A stretch of DNA of 64,000 nucleotides from the NCBI GenBank assembly GCA_947479475.1, contig CANJZW010000001.1, positions 15,313 to 79,312 on the forward strand, in the 5' to 3' direction. Of the stretch, positions 45,140-55,200 are shown piece after piece. Origin of the DNA: Chthoniobacteraceae bacterium (GTDB lineage: Bacteria > Verrucomicrobiota > Verrucomicrobiia > Chthoniobacterales > Chthoniobacteraceae). The notes beneath the pieces are model-generated. The model was given only the letters and a program-made list of their open reading frames with translations, made no database searches and was not told the origin of the DNA. The translations under genes and the position numbers were made by a program. Every line of letters begins with the position of its first letter. The first letter of the stretch is position 1.

Positions 45140-46497
45140 CACCCAGAATTCCTGACGCCGATGCCTTGTACGCGCTCTTCGGAGCTGCATTCACAGGTGA
45201 CATTTCTGAGTCTGACCATCGGTTGCTCGAACAGCTCCTCCAATCCGATTCCTCAGTGCGGAATCTCTGGTTTGAGTATGCGGATGTGGAATGTGGGTTG
45301 AGGGAGCTTTGCCGCACCGAATCTACGCTCCAGCTTCTTCCCCAGGCTCCCGCAGCACCTAAGCGCGTTGCTTCGCCAGGCCCAGCTGAGCCGCAGTTCG
45401 CCATTTGGCCCGGCCTCGCCTGGGCCGCCGCCGCCGTCCTGACGTTCGGGATGAGCGAAAGCCTTTCCTTTCGTAGCGAGGGGACCGAGTCCACCTCAGC
45501 AAACTTCGGTGCGATGCTGGACGCGTTGTGGGCTTCCCCAGAGAATGTCTTTCGACCGGGGGACTGCGTGCGTACCGGCCAGACTCTCGAACTTCTCTCC
45601 GGCACGGTGGAACTGAAGTTCCGCACGGGTGCAGCCCTTACCCTGTATGCGCCTGCAATTTTTCAAGTGACCTCCGCAAACGGGGGGTTTCTGACCTTTG
45701 GCAAAGTGAAAGTACTGGCGGCCACTCCCCGGGCCAAAGGTTTCGCAATTCAGACGCCCACCGCCCGGGTTGTTGATGTGGGAACGGAGTTCATGGCATC
45801 GGCGGCTGAGGACGGCCAGAGTCGCGTGCAGGTGCGCTCGGGGGAGGTCTTTGTCCACGTACCAGGCAAAAAAGAGGCGACGCATCTTTTGGAAGGACAG
45901 GAGCTCTCCACGGATGCTCATCAGGAGCGTGTCACCGTCCGCATGGAAAGCGGCGACGGCTCAAACTCGTTTCGACTTCCTTCCATCGAACCGCCCTCAA
46001 GTATTGAACGCGCAACTTTGCCCAAGGATTTATCCGCCGCCCGCCTTCTTGGTGCGCAAACACCTTTGGATCCGGTCCTGCTCTCCCATCGGGAGGAGGG
46101 GCGTATCTTGGTCGATCTTGGACGGCCCGTTTCGGTCACCAAAATCAATGCTTATAGTTGGTACAAAACCAGCGTGTTTGAAAACGAGAGGTCTCGAGTT
46201 TCCCAAAATTTTGAACTTTATGGTTCAGATGCCACATCGGTTCCGGAAGCCAGTGAATCCCCTGCGCAGAATGGCTGGGAACTTATAGGAAGGGTCGACG
46301 CCGACCACTATTTCGGCCCCGGCGAAGCTGGAGGCAAAGTCGACCAGCAGGCGTGCTCTTTCACCGCAGCCTCCGGTTGTATTGGACGGTACCGTTATCT
46401 GTTGTGTGTGCCGCTGCGCCGCGCGCCCGACCTGGCTGCCGCAAATTCCAGAACGCTCAACTTTTTTGACGTCTATTCGGAGCCCTGGACCTTTTAG
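45136..46497 (+). CDS. anti-sigma factor, FecR-domain protein with a discoidin/F5-8-type-C-like C-terminal domain
   Basis: ATGA start/stop overlap with the sigma gene (45136..45139). TM helix IWPGLAWAAAAVLTFGM. FecR-like beta block GTVELKFRTGAALTLYAPAIFQV...TPTARVVDVGTEFM...VQVRSGEVFV. C-terminus ILVDLGRPVSVTKINAYSW...FELYGSD. Confidence 0.75.
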   Translation: MTPRIPDADALYALFGAAFTGDISESDHRLLEQLLQSDSSVRNLWFEYADVECGLRELCRTESTLQLLPQAPAAPKRVASPGPAEPQFAIWPGLAWAAAAVLTFGMSESLSFRSEGTESTSANFGAMLDALWASPENVFRPGDCVRTGQTLELLSGTVELKFRTGAALTLYAPAIFQVTSANGGFLTFGKVKVLAATPRAKGFAIQTPTARVVDVGTEFMASAAEDGQSRVQVRSGEVFVHVPGKKEATHLLEGQELSTDAHQERVTVRMESGDGSNSFRLPSIEPPSSIERATLPKDLSAARLLGAQTPLDPVLLSHREEGRILVDLGRPVSVTKINAYSWYKTSVFENERSRVSQNFELYGSDATSVPEASESPAQNGWELIGRVDADHYFGPGEAGGKVDQQACSFTAASGCIGRYRYLLCVPLRRAPDLAAANSRTLNFFDVYSEPWTF

Positions 46498-46583
46498 GCC
46501 ACTCCCTGCGGTTCTGTGCCACCGCATCGAAAGACACACAATTCGCAGCTTTTCAGGAAGCCCATCTCCCGTAGGCTTCCCTA

Positions 46584-47975
46584 ATGTTAGAGTACGACTT
46601 TTTAGTCATCGGTGGTGGAAGTGCCGGGTACGCCGCCGCCTCGCTTGCCGCCCGCGAAGGGTTGAATGTGATGGTTGTGGAAGGCGCTCAGAGGGTGGGT
46701 GGCCTGTGTATCCTGCGGGGCTGTATGCCTAGCAAAACGTTGCTCGCAACCGCTGCGAGTGCCCGCGCTGTGAGGGGAGCTTCCGAGTTTGGGGTCCAAG
46801 CCAGCTTTGGAGGTATCGATGGCGCCGCGATGCAGGCTCGCAAGCGCGCGTTGATTGCAGATTTTGCCTCCTACCGGGAGGGCCAGCTGAGTGCGGGGAA
46901 ATTCGCCTTTTTGCGGGGGGCAGCCCATTTCGTTGACCCCCACACGATCGCGGTTGAAGGCCCCGGCCTTTCGCAATCGATCCGAGCGAAAACGATCCTC
47001 ATCAGCACGGGCTCAAAAATTTCGACACCCCCAATTCCAGGACTCAAAGAAACAGGGTGCCTCGACAGCGATGCAATGCTTGAAAGTGCACACATTCCAC
47101 GCTCGATCATCGTGCTTGGTGGTGGCGCAATCGCCTTGGAGGCTGCCTCTTTTTACTCCGGCGCTGGTGCCGTAGTGACACTCCTTCAGCGCTCCAATCG
47201 GCTTTTAAAGGAACTCGATCCGGATGTTTCAGAAGCCGCTGCAGCAGGCCTTCGCCACCACGGCGTGCGCGTTGAAACTGGTGTCGAGATACGCTCGGTG
47301 GATCACACGTCCGCGGGCAAGGTGGTCAGATTTTCCCAAGGTGACACCGTTTCGGAAATCGTCTCAGAAGAAATCTTGTGTGCTCTTGGCAGGGTGCCTG
47401 CAAGCGGAGGCATGGGGCTGGACTCCATTGGCGTCGGACTCGATGGCTCGCGTGTGGCGATTCAGGCGACGCAACAAACGACGCTGCCCCACATCTTCGC
47501 CGCTGGCGATGTGTGCGGCCCCCTCGAGGTCGTCCACCTGGCCATTCAACAAGGCGAAGTCGCCGCCCGCAACGCCTGCAGGCTGATGCGCGACTCCAAG
47601 CAACCGCTCGCCGAGATGGATTACCGGCTCAAACTCTTCGCGGTTTTTTCCGAACCCGCCGTCTCCGCCGTGGGACTTTCGGAAGCCGAAGCCGGCGCCG
47701 CAGGAATCCCGATTTTGACCGCGACCTATCCCTTCAATGATCATGGAAAATCAATGGTCGAAGGACAGACTAATGGCTTCGTAAAGTTAATGGTTCACTC
47801 CGACACCAAAAAAATCCTCGGAGCCGCCGCCGTCGGACCGCAAGCGGCCGAGATCATTCATGAAATCGTCGTCGCGATGTTTTTTAACGCAACGGCGGGT
47901 GAACTTGCCCAAGTCCCCCATTACCACCCCACCTTGAGCGAAATTTGGACTTACCCCGCCGAGGAGCTGAGCTAA
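46584..47975 (+). CDS. class I pyridine nucleotide-disulfide oxidoreductase (dihydrolipoyl dehydrogenase / glutathione-reductase-like flavoprotein)
   Basis: YDFLVIGGGSAGYAAA (FAD GxGxxG), redox-active disulfide GGLCILRGCMPSK, second Rossmann IIVLGGGAIALE, IFAAGDVCG and C-terminal HYHPTLSE. Confidence 0.85.
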   Translation: MLEYDFLVIGGGSAGYAAASLAAREGLNVMVVEGAQRVGGLCILRGCMPSKTLLATAASARAVRGASEFGVQASFGGIDGAAMQARKRALIADFASYREGQLSAGKFAFLRGAAHFVDPHTIAVEGPGLSQSIRAKTILISTGSKISTPPIPGLKETGCLDSDAMLESAHIPRSIIVLGGGAIALEAASFYSGAGAVVTLLQRSNRLLKELDPDVSEAAAAGLRHHGVRVETGVEIRSVDHTSAGKVVRFSQGDTVSEIVSEEILCALGRVPASGGMGLDSIGVGLDGSRVAIQATQQTTLPHIFAAGDVCGPLEVVHLAIQQGEVAARNACRLMRDSKQPLAEMDYRLKLFAVFSEPAVSAVGLSEAEAGAAGIPILTATYPFNDHGKSMVEGQTNGFVKLMVHSDTKKILGAAAVGPQAAEIIHEIVVAMFFNATAGELAQVPHYHPTLSEIWTYPAEELS

Positions 47976-48010
47976 CTTTTGCCCTCTAAATTTCTTAGTC
48001 ATCTTTAACA

Positions 48011-49039
48011 ATGAAACGACGCTCTTTCCTGCGCGGCACCGTATCCGCGGCAGCGGCCTCTGTGTGCGGCTTTCCCTTTGTCCGCGCTCAATCGCCGCAG
48101 ATTCTCGGGCAGGGTGATTTCCGGTACAGGGTCGTGCCAGGATGGGGCGTCTTGGATGGTAAGACGCCGGTCAAGAACTGCCACGGAATCGTCCGAAATC
48201 GCGAGGGGCATATCCTCCTCCTCACCGATCACACCAACAACAACGTGATTGTTTACGACAAAGCGGGAAAGCTTGTGCACAAATGGGGCACGGACTTTCC
48301 GGGGGCACACGGTCTTTCGATTGTCAGTGAGGGTAATCGCGAAGTGCTTTTTCTGACTGACCTGCAGAGGCACCGCGTATTCAAGACCAGCCTCGATGGC
48401 GATCTATTGCAGGAATGGAGCTGGCCCGAAGCCTCCGGCAAATATGAAAAAGAGGATCAATACAAACCCTCTTGGACGCTTCATCTGGACGGAGGTGATT
48501 TCCTTGTTCTGGATGGATACGGGCGCGATTTTATCTCCCGCTACAACGGTTCTGGGAAGCTCCTCCACACCTTTGGCGGACAAGAGGGTGGTATTGTGCA
48601 CTGGGGACCGCATGGCGGCATGGCCGACCTTCGTGATCCCAAAAACCCCTCGCTCCTCATTGCGATGAGCGACCAACAGCATCTGCTCCGGCTTTCTTTA
48701 ACAGGCGAAAGGCTTCACGTCATAGAAATGCCGGGAGGCAACCCGCGCCAAATCCGGCATCATCGAAAGCATTTTTTTGTAGCGCACCTGGCCGACAATT
48801 GGCCGGCAGATCGTAATTCCAGAGGCTTTCTTTCAGTGCTCGATGCAGAACTTAAAGTTCTTTCGAATGTCGGGGGAACCGCGCCTTCTTACAGCGCTGA
48901 TGGAAAACTCGAAAGAATGCGGCACCAGGAGGAAATATTTATGCATCCTCACGATCTCGTCGTTGATGCTGAGGATAGTATCTACGTCGCACAATTCGCG
49001 TCTGGAAACAGCTATCCCATCAAACTCGAACGGATCTGA
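48011..49039 (+). CDS. Tat-exported six-bladed beta-propeller (NHL-repeat / peptidyl-hydroxyglycine-lyase-like) protein
   Basis: Twin-arginine leader MKRRSFLRGTVSAAAASVCGFPFVRA. Repeated blade motifs: HGIVRNREGHILLLTD, VIVYDKAGKL and HPHDLVVDAEDSIYVAQF. Confidence 0.7.
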   Translation: MKRRSFLRGTVSAAAASVCGFPFVRAQSPQILGQGDFRYRVVPGWGVLDGKTPVKNCHGIVRNREGHILLLTDHTNNNVIVYDKAGKLVHKWGTDFPGAHGLSIVSEGNREVLFLTDLQRHRVFKTSLDGDLLQEWSWPEASGKYEKEDQYKPSWTLHLDGGDFLVLDGYGRDFISRYNGSGKLLHTFGGQEGGIVHWGPHGGMADLRDPKNPSLLIAMSDQQHLLRLSLTGERLHVIEMPGGNPRQIRHHRKHFFVAHLADNWPADRNSRGFLSVLDAELKVLSNVGGTAPSYSADGKLERMRHQEEIFMHPHDLVVDAEDSIYVAQFASGNSYPIKLERI

Positions 49040-49143
49040 GTCTGCTCCTTTCTGCCGACTTCCGCTCGGCAGCCTGTGATAAAACTCTGGGATGCGACCG
49101 CATCGCTTGTTGTGAAGCGTTTTGGTTCTGATACATAGAACCC

Positions 49144-50799
49144 ATGCGCTCCCCCTATCTCCTTTTCCTCGTGAGCGCCTGTGCCGCATTGGCTCAGGAC
49201 CTCCCAAAACTTCAAATGCCCGGTGTAACGGAAGAACGCATGTTCATCCCAATGCGCGATGGCACTAGACTTTCCGCGTACGTCTACTTGCCAGAGGGAA
49301 GCGGCAAGTGGCCAGTGGTGTTCGAGCAAAGATACGCAGCGCTCACCGGAACTGGAACGCGTCAGACCTCCGCTGACCTCGCTCGGAAAGGGTATGCGGT
49401 CGCCATGGTCAACTTCCGCGGATCACAAAAAAGCGAAGGCGCTTACGTGGGATATCGCGCGCTGGCTTGGGGCGAACAGAGGGATGGCTATGACGCGTGC
49501 GAGTGGCTTGCTAGCCAGCCCTGGAGCACTGGAAAAGTAGGCTCCTTCGGCAGCTCCCAAGGAGGCTTCGCTCAAAACTTTCTCGCTGTGACACAGCCGC
49601 CTCACCTTGTTTGCCAGTATATGGTAGACACTGGCCTGAGCCTCTTTCAGGAAGGTTACCGCATCGGGGGTGTCACCCGTCCGAGCCGATTTGCCGATTT
49701 TGGAGCCAACTGCCGAAACCCGGAGGACAATAAAACTCTGTTGGCGGAATGGGACAAACATCCCAACTACGACGCCTATTGGCGCGAGGAGGACTGCAGT
49801 TTGCATTTTCCAAAAATGAACGTGCCGTGTTTCACGATCGGCAGTTGGTATGACTTCATGGTTCAGGGCAGTGTGATGAGCTTCATCGGCCGTCAGCACA
49901 TGGGCGGACCGTCTTCAAAAGGCCGACAACAACTGCTGTTGGGCCCGTGGCTCCATGGAAGATTGAATAAGGGCAGCAAAGTGGGCGACCTCGTCTATCC
50001 AGAAAATGCAACCTGGCCTGAAGTTGAACATATGGTTCGCTGGTTCGACCATTGGTTGAAGGGATCGGATAACGGCATTGAAAAGGAACCCTCCGTCCGT
50101 TATTACGTCATGGGTGCGGCGGGAGAACCGAAAGCTCCTGGGAACACTTGGCGCGAAGCCGCTGACTGGCCGCCGGCAACCACGCCAACAAGCATTTACC
50201 TCCACGAGGCCGGAATGCTTTCAAACAGCCCTCCTGAAGGCTCCTCCGGTGGAACCTCGTACGAATCTGATCCCCGCAAACCGATGGAGATCGCAGGACG
50301 CTCGTTTCCTGGTGCGAAAGATGTGCGTGTTTTTGAATCGCAAAAAGAGGTCCGTGTTTGGACGACCAAACCGTTTGAAGAAAGCATCGAAATCACCGGT
50401 GAGATCACCGCTGACATTTGGCTCACATCAACAGTGCCCGACTCAGACTTCTTGCTGCGTGTCTCCGACGTCTATCCGGATGGAAGAAGCATCCTCCTCA
50501 TGGACTACCCAATACGAGCAAGGTACCGGGAAGGCTTTGAGCGGCAGGTTTTGATGCGCGCTGGTGAACCCAATCGATTGCAGTGGCACATTGGGTGGAC
50601 GAGTATTGCGCTCAACAAGGGCCATAGTCTGCGTGTCACCATCAGTAGCTCGGGAGCGCCCTTGTACGAACCCAATAGCCAAACGGGCGGGCCTCAGACC
50701 GCGACGTGGTTGGAAAACGCTATCTCAGGAACCCACACCATACTCCACAATCAGGCTCATCCGTCGCGGATTATTCTCCCAGTTGTCAAAGGACACTAG
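49144..50799 (+). CDS. CocE/NonD family hydrolase (S15 X-Pro dipeptidyl-peptidase-like alpha/beta hydrolase)
   Basis: Signal peptide MRSPYLLFLVSACAALAQ. Motifs ARKGYAVAMVNFRGSQKSEG and DGYDACEWLASQPWSTGKVGSFGSSQGGFAQ (GxSxG nucleophile elbow). There is a C-terminal beta-sandwich region. Confidence 0.85.
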   Translation: MRSPYLLFLVSACAALAQDLPKLQMPGVTEERMFIPMRDGTRLSAYVYLPEGSGKWPVVFEQRYAALTGTGTRQTSADLARKGYAVAMVNFRGSQKSEGAYVGYRALAWGEQRDGYDACEWLASQPWSTGKVGSFGSSQGGFAQNFLAVTQPPHLVCQYMVDTGLSLFQEGYRIGGVTRPSRFADFGANCRNPEDNKTLLAEWDKHPNYDAYWREEDCSLHFPKMNVPCFTIGSWYDFMVQGSVMSFIGRQHMGGPSSKGRQQLLLGPWLHGRLNKGSKVGDLVYPENATWPEVEHMVRWFDHWLKGSDNGIEKEPSVRYYVMGAAGEPKAPGNTWREAADWPPATTPTSIYLHEAGMLSNSPPEGSSGGTSYESDPRKPMEIAGRSFPGAKDVRVFESQKEVRVWTTKPFEESIEITGEITADIWLTSTVPDSDFLLRVSDVYPDGRSILLMDYPIRARYREGFERQVLMRAGEPNRLQWHIGWTSIALNKGHSLRVTISSSGAPLYEPNSQTGGPQTATWLENAISGTHTILHNQAHPSRIILPVVKGH

Positions 50800-50817
50800 A
50801 TGCTAGAATGGAGACAG

Positions 50818-52272
50818 TTAAGCCAGAATATCTTTAACAACGCCGGCCTGCTCCACTCCAGTCAGGCGGAAGTCCAGTCCTTGGAGACGGTACGTGAACC
50901 GCTCGTGATCTACGCCCATCAGGTGCATGATCGTCGCGTGTAAATCGCGGACATGCACCGGGTTTTCTGCCACGTTGTAGCTGAAATCGTCGGTCTTTCC
51001 GTACGAAAACCCTGCTTTTACGCCCCCCCCAGCCATCCACATTGTAAAACACCGTGGATGGTGGTCCCTTCCTGCCTCCGGGCTGTCCCACTGCCCTTGT
51101 CCCGCAACGCCGCGGCCAAACTCTCCACCCCACACCACAAGCGTGTCGTCCAGGAGACCGCGCCGCTTGAGGTCTGTGACCAAAGCGGCGCTGGCTTGAT
51201 CGGTGTCCCGGCACCGAGCCGTGCACCAGGACGTGAGCCTGCTGTGATGGTCCCAGTCTGGATGAAAAAGCTGAACAAACCTTACGCCCCGCTCCACCAA
51301 ACGCCGGGCAAGAATGCAGTTTGCCGCGTAACTTCCAGGGCGTCGTGAATCCGGGCCGTAGAGCTCGAAGATTTCAGCCGGTTCGTCGCTCAGATCCGTC
51401 AGGTCGGGGACGCTGCTTTGCATCCGAAATGCCATCTCGTATTGTTGAATCCGGGTAGCGATCTCTGGATCGCCCGTGTCCTTCAGACGCTGGGCATTAA
51501 TCGATGCTAGGCTGTCGAGCATCTCCCGGCGCAATGCGCGAGGCATGCCGTCAGGGTCTCGAAGGTAAAGCACGGGCTCTCTGGCATTGCGCAGTTTCAC
51601 GCCTTGATAACGCGATGGCAAAAAACCACTTCCCCAGTAATGGTCATAGAGGGGCTGGTCGCTTGGGCGTTGCATTTTTGAGATCAGCACCAGGTAGTCA
51701 GGCAGGTTTTTGTTCGTGCTTCCTAGTCCGTAACTCACCCACGAACCAATGCTTGGCCGGCCGGGAATCTGGTTTCCAGTCAGCATTTTCGTCATTGCCG
51801 GCGCGTGGTTTATCTCGTCCGTGTGCATCGACTTGATGAAACACAATTCATCGGCTACCGCTGCGGTATAGGGAAGCCACTCACCGACCGTGGAGCCACT
51901 CTTGGAGCGGTGAAATTGTGTGGCGGCAGGTTTAATGAGCTGCTTTTGTTTGGCGGTCATCGTCGTTAGCCGCTGCCCCTTTCGAATTGAATCGGGCAAC
52001 TCCGTGCCCGCCCATTTACGTAGATCGGGCTTTTCATCAAACAATTCAATTTGAGATGGTCCACCGGATTGTGTGAGGAAAATCACACTCTTGGCGCGGG
52101 CTGGGAAATGAGGCAGATTCCCGAGCCCTAGCCCCGAGAACCCAAGATTGGGGGACGGTTCATTTCCGAATGCGCCTTCGCGGGCCATCGCCGCCATAGC
52201 GATCGAACCGACCGACACCCCTGTGCACTTTCCAAGAAAATAACGGCGGCTTATTTCTAGGGAATCATTCAT
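50818..52272 (-). CDS. DUF1501 family protein (Tat-exported)
   Basis: Leader MNDSLEISRRYFLGK. Motifs IFLTQSGGPSQIELFDEKP, LFHPDWDHHS, VWGGEFGR, GRDHHPRCF and HVRDLHATIMHLMGVDH. Its start overlaps the stop of the upstream PSCyt gene by 8 nt. Confidence 0.85.
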   Translation of the reverse strand: MNDSLEISRRYFLGKCTGVSVGSIAMAAMAREGAFGNEPSPNLGFSGLGLGNLPHFPARAKSVIFLTQSGGPSQIELFDEKPDLRKWAGTELPDSIRKGQRLTTMTAKQKQLIKPAATQFHRSKSGSTVGEWLPYTAAVADELCFIKSMHTDEINHAPAMTKMLTGNQIPGRPSIGSWVSYGLGSTNKNLPDYLVLISKMQRPSDQPLYDHYWGSGFLPSRYQGVKLRNAREPVLYLRDPDGMPRALRREMLDSLASINAQRLKDTGDPEIATRIQQYEMAFRMQSSVPDLTDLSDEPAEIFELYGPDSRRPGSYAANCILARRLVERGVRFVQLFHPDWDHHSRLTSWCTARCRDTDQASAALVTDLKRRGLLDDTLVVWGGEFGRGVAGQGQWDSPEAGRDHHPRCFTMWMAGGGVKAGFSYGKTDDFSYNVAENPVHVRDLHATIMHLMGVDHERFTYRLQGLDFRLTGVEQAGVVKDILA

Positions 52273-55200
52273 GAGTCATAGCTTCGTCGAGGTTGAATAG
52301 GAGACTTGCCACAAGCGCGTATGCAGCCACTTCGGGTTGTTGCGGCGCATTGGGCAGCACGGATTGGCCAGCTTGCAGGACCTTCAGGGCATCTGCAGGG
52401 TGGTCTTTGTAATGGGCCAGGGCAGATTTCAGCGACCGCTGTAGCAAGGGAGTTTCATCCGATTTAAGGGGCCGCCCAAGGATTGCCTCACTAAGCCAGT
52501 TCAAGCGTAAATCTGCATCTGCGCCAGCCATGACGGCGCGCACGCCGAGCACGCGTGATGCCTCGCGGGAGGTCTCATCGTTGAGGAGCGTTAGTGCTTG
52601 AAGGGGCGTATTGGTGCGGTTGCTACGTACTTCGCAAACGCGGCGTTGTGCCGTATCGAACAAGAAGGTCGGGGCGATGGATCGCCGCCAGAAAGTGTAC
52701 AGCGTTCTACGGTATTGTGCGGATCCGAGGCTTGGCTCGTACTTAAACCGGCCCATAAAAAGTTCCTCCCACACGCCCGCTGGCTGGTATGGCCTTGTGG
52801 GAGGCCCACCGGTCGATGTGTTCAGAAGGCCTGATGCCTGAAGGGCTGCATCGCGCAGCATCCAACTGGGAAGACGAAACCTGGACCCACGCGCCAAAAG
52901 GCGGTTGGTCGGATCCCTGCTTAAAAGCTCGGCGGAGACCGCAGAAGATTGCCGATACGTTTCACTGTTCGCAATGAGGGTGAGGATGTGTTTGGTGTCC
53001 CAGCCGCTTTCCATAAACTCCACGGCTAACCAATCGAGTAGTTCGTGATGGCTTGGACGCTCCCCTTGAAGGCCAAAATCCTCGGGGGTTCGGACAAGGC
53101 CGTTTCCAAACAAGAGCTGCCAAAGTTGATTAACAACGACACGAGCCGTGAGAGGGTTTTTTCTCGAAACGATCCAGTGCGCGAGGCCAAGCCGATTGCG
53201 TGGCTCCTGCTCCGGCCAAGGGGCGATGGAAAGGGGAACGCCGGGTTGTACTTTGTCCCCGTGTTTGTCCCAGACACCGCGTACCAGAACAAAAGTATCC
53301 CGTGGCTCTTTTTGCTCTTCAAGAACCATGACCTTCAATGGGCCGGTTGCCGCCTTAGCCTCCACCGCCTGTTCGTTGGCACGCGCAAGTAATGCCTTCA
53401 CTTTAAGATAGGGTGCGTGATCCTCTAGGTAATGCTCAAAAAGCTGTTTGCGAAGCAGCTCTGGTAGCCCCGATGCCGAGCGTATTCCACTGGCAGCCAG
53501 AGTCTGGAGCGTGCCCGGCTTGAGGCTCCGAATTGTTTCTCCAGCCTGGTCGGTGGCGAACAATCTGAACCTTCCTATGTTTGTGTCCCCCAGTGTCGAA
53601 CGCTGCCGGAGTTCCACAACAATCTCTTCGTCACTTTCGAGCATCAGCGGCTCTGCAAAACTAAAAACCGCGGTGTGTATTACATCCTGCGGCGCGCCTT
53701 TGGTGGTCCATCCATTGCGGGGATCATCGTCGAGCGTATCTTTAATGTCTCCATAACCACCGTTGGCTTTTTTGTCCGCCGAGAAGTCTGCGATTGCCGT
53801 CTTTACTGCGATATCTCGCACCTCCGCTTTCCCGCTTTGACGGACCTGAACTTTCAGATCCGTAAGAATAAATTCTCCTGACGCGCCACGGGACAGTCCT
53901 CCTTTTGTATTGCCGGAGTAGGGAAGCACCTCAAGCTTCAGACCGGTAATCCGCTTCAGCAGGGTGCTGGCAAGGACCTTGTACTCGTCTTGTCTGGGAT
54001 TGGAACCGGTTGCCTGAATGGAATGGTCGGACTTCTGCAAAAGCACGGTGCCCTCAGTACTGGTCAATGCGCTTGCCACAATGGGACGCCATTCTTGAAA
54101 ATGTGAATCCAGCCCTTCCACCAAAGCGGGGAGACCTTCCTCAAACGGCTTCCTCGCCGAGAGCCGAGCCTCGGCTTCAGACTGTTTCCATTCGGAGACC
54201 GTGGCGTTTGCCGAGAGTAGAGCCGCTCCGGCGTGGACAGATCGTATTTCGTAAAAAGGTGCGGCAGCGCTTCCCGCGGCGCCGGTTTCAGCAATGCTAT
54301 TGAAAAAAGCGGTGAGGCTGTAGTACTCGGCCTGGGTGATCGGATCAAACTTGTGATTGTGGCACTGCGTGCATCCGAGAGTAAGTCCTAATAGGGCGGT
54401 GCCAGTCGTATTAACTCGGTCGATTACATAATCCACCCGAGACTCTTCCGGATCGCGTCCCCCCTCTCCATTGGCCATATGATTGCGGTGAAAACAGGTG
54501 GCAATTTTTTGCTCAGGAGTCGGGTTTGGGAGGAGATCTCCCGCAAATTGTTCGATCGTAAACTTGTCGAAAGGCGTGTTCGCATTGAAGGAATCCGTCA
54601 CCCAGTCACGCCACGGCCAGTTGGAACGCGTGCTGTCTGACTGAAAGCCGTCCGTATCCGCATACCGAGCCACATCAAGCCACCAGAACGCCATCCGCTC
54701 GCCGAAATGGGGCGAGGCAAGTAACCTCTGGACGGCTCTCTCCCACGCATTGGGTGCGAAGTCCGAGAGGAAGGCGTTTAATTCCTGGGAAGTCGGAGGA
54801 AGCCCTGTGAGGTCAAAGCTGACCCTTCTCAATAACGTATGCTTCTCGGCTTGGGGGGATGTAGCCAATCCCTCTTTGCTGAGAGCTTCACGCACATAGG
54901 CGTCGATCGGATTTTGACCTTCGAAGGGAAGGGCCGATTTTCTGGGCGGCTCAAATGCCCAGTGGCGCCCCCACGGTGCTCCCTCGGCGATCCAGCGCCT
55001 CAGCAACTCAACCTGATTGGGCTTTAGGGGCGGCTTGTGAGACTTCGGGGTCGGCATGACCTCTTCCGGATCCTTTGAAACAATGCGCCCCAAAAGCTCG
55101 CTGGCCTCGGGGCGATTGGGGACGATGGCGGAAATGCCATCCTTGTTGGGGCGCGTCGCTTCTTCGCGCACATCCAGCCGGAGGCCTGCCTTACGCGTTG

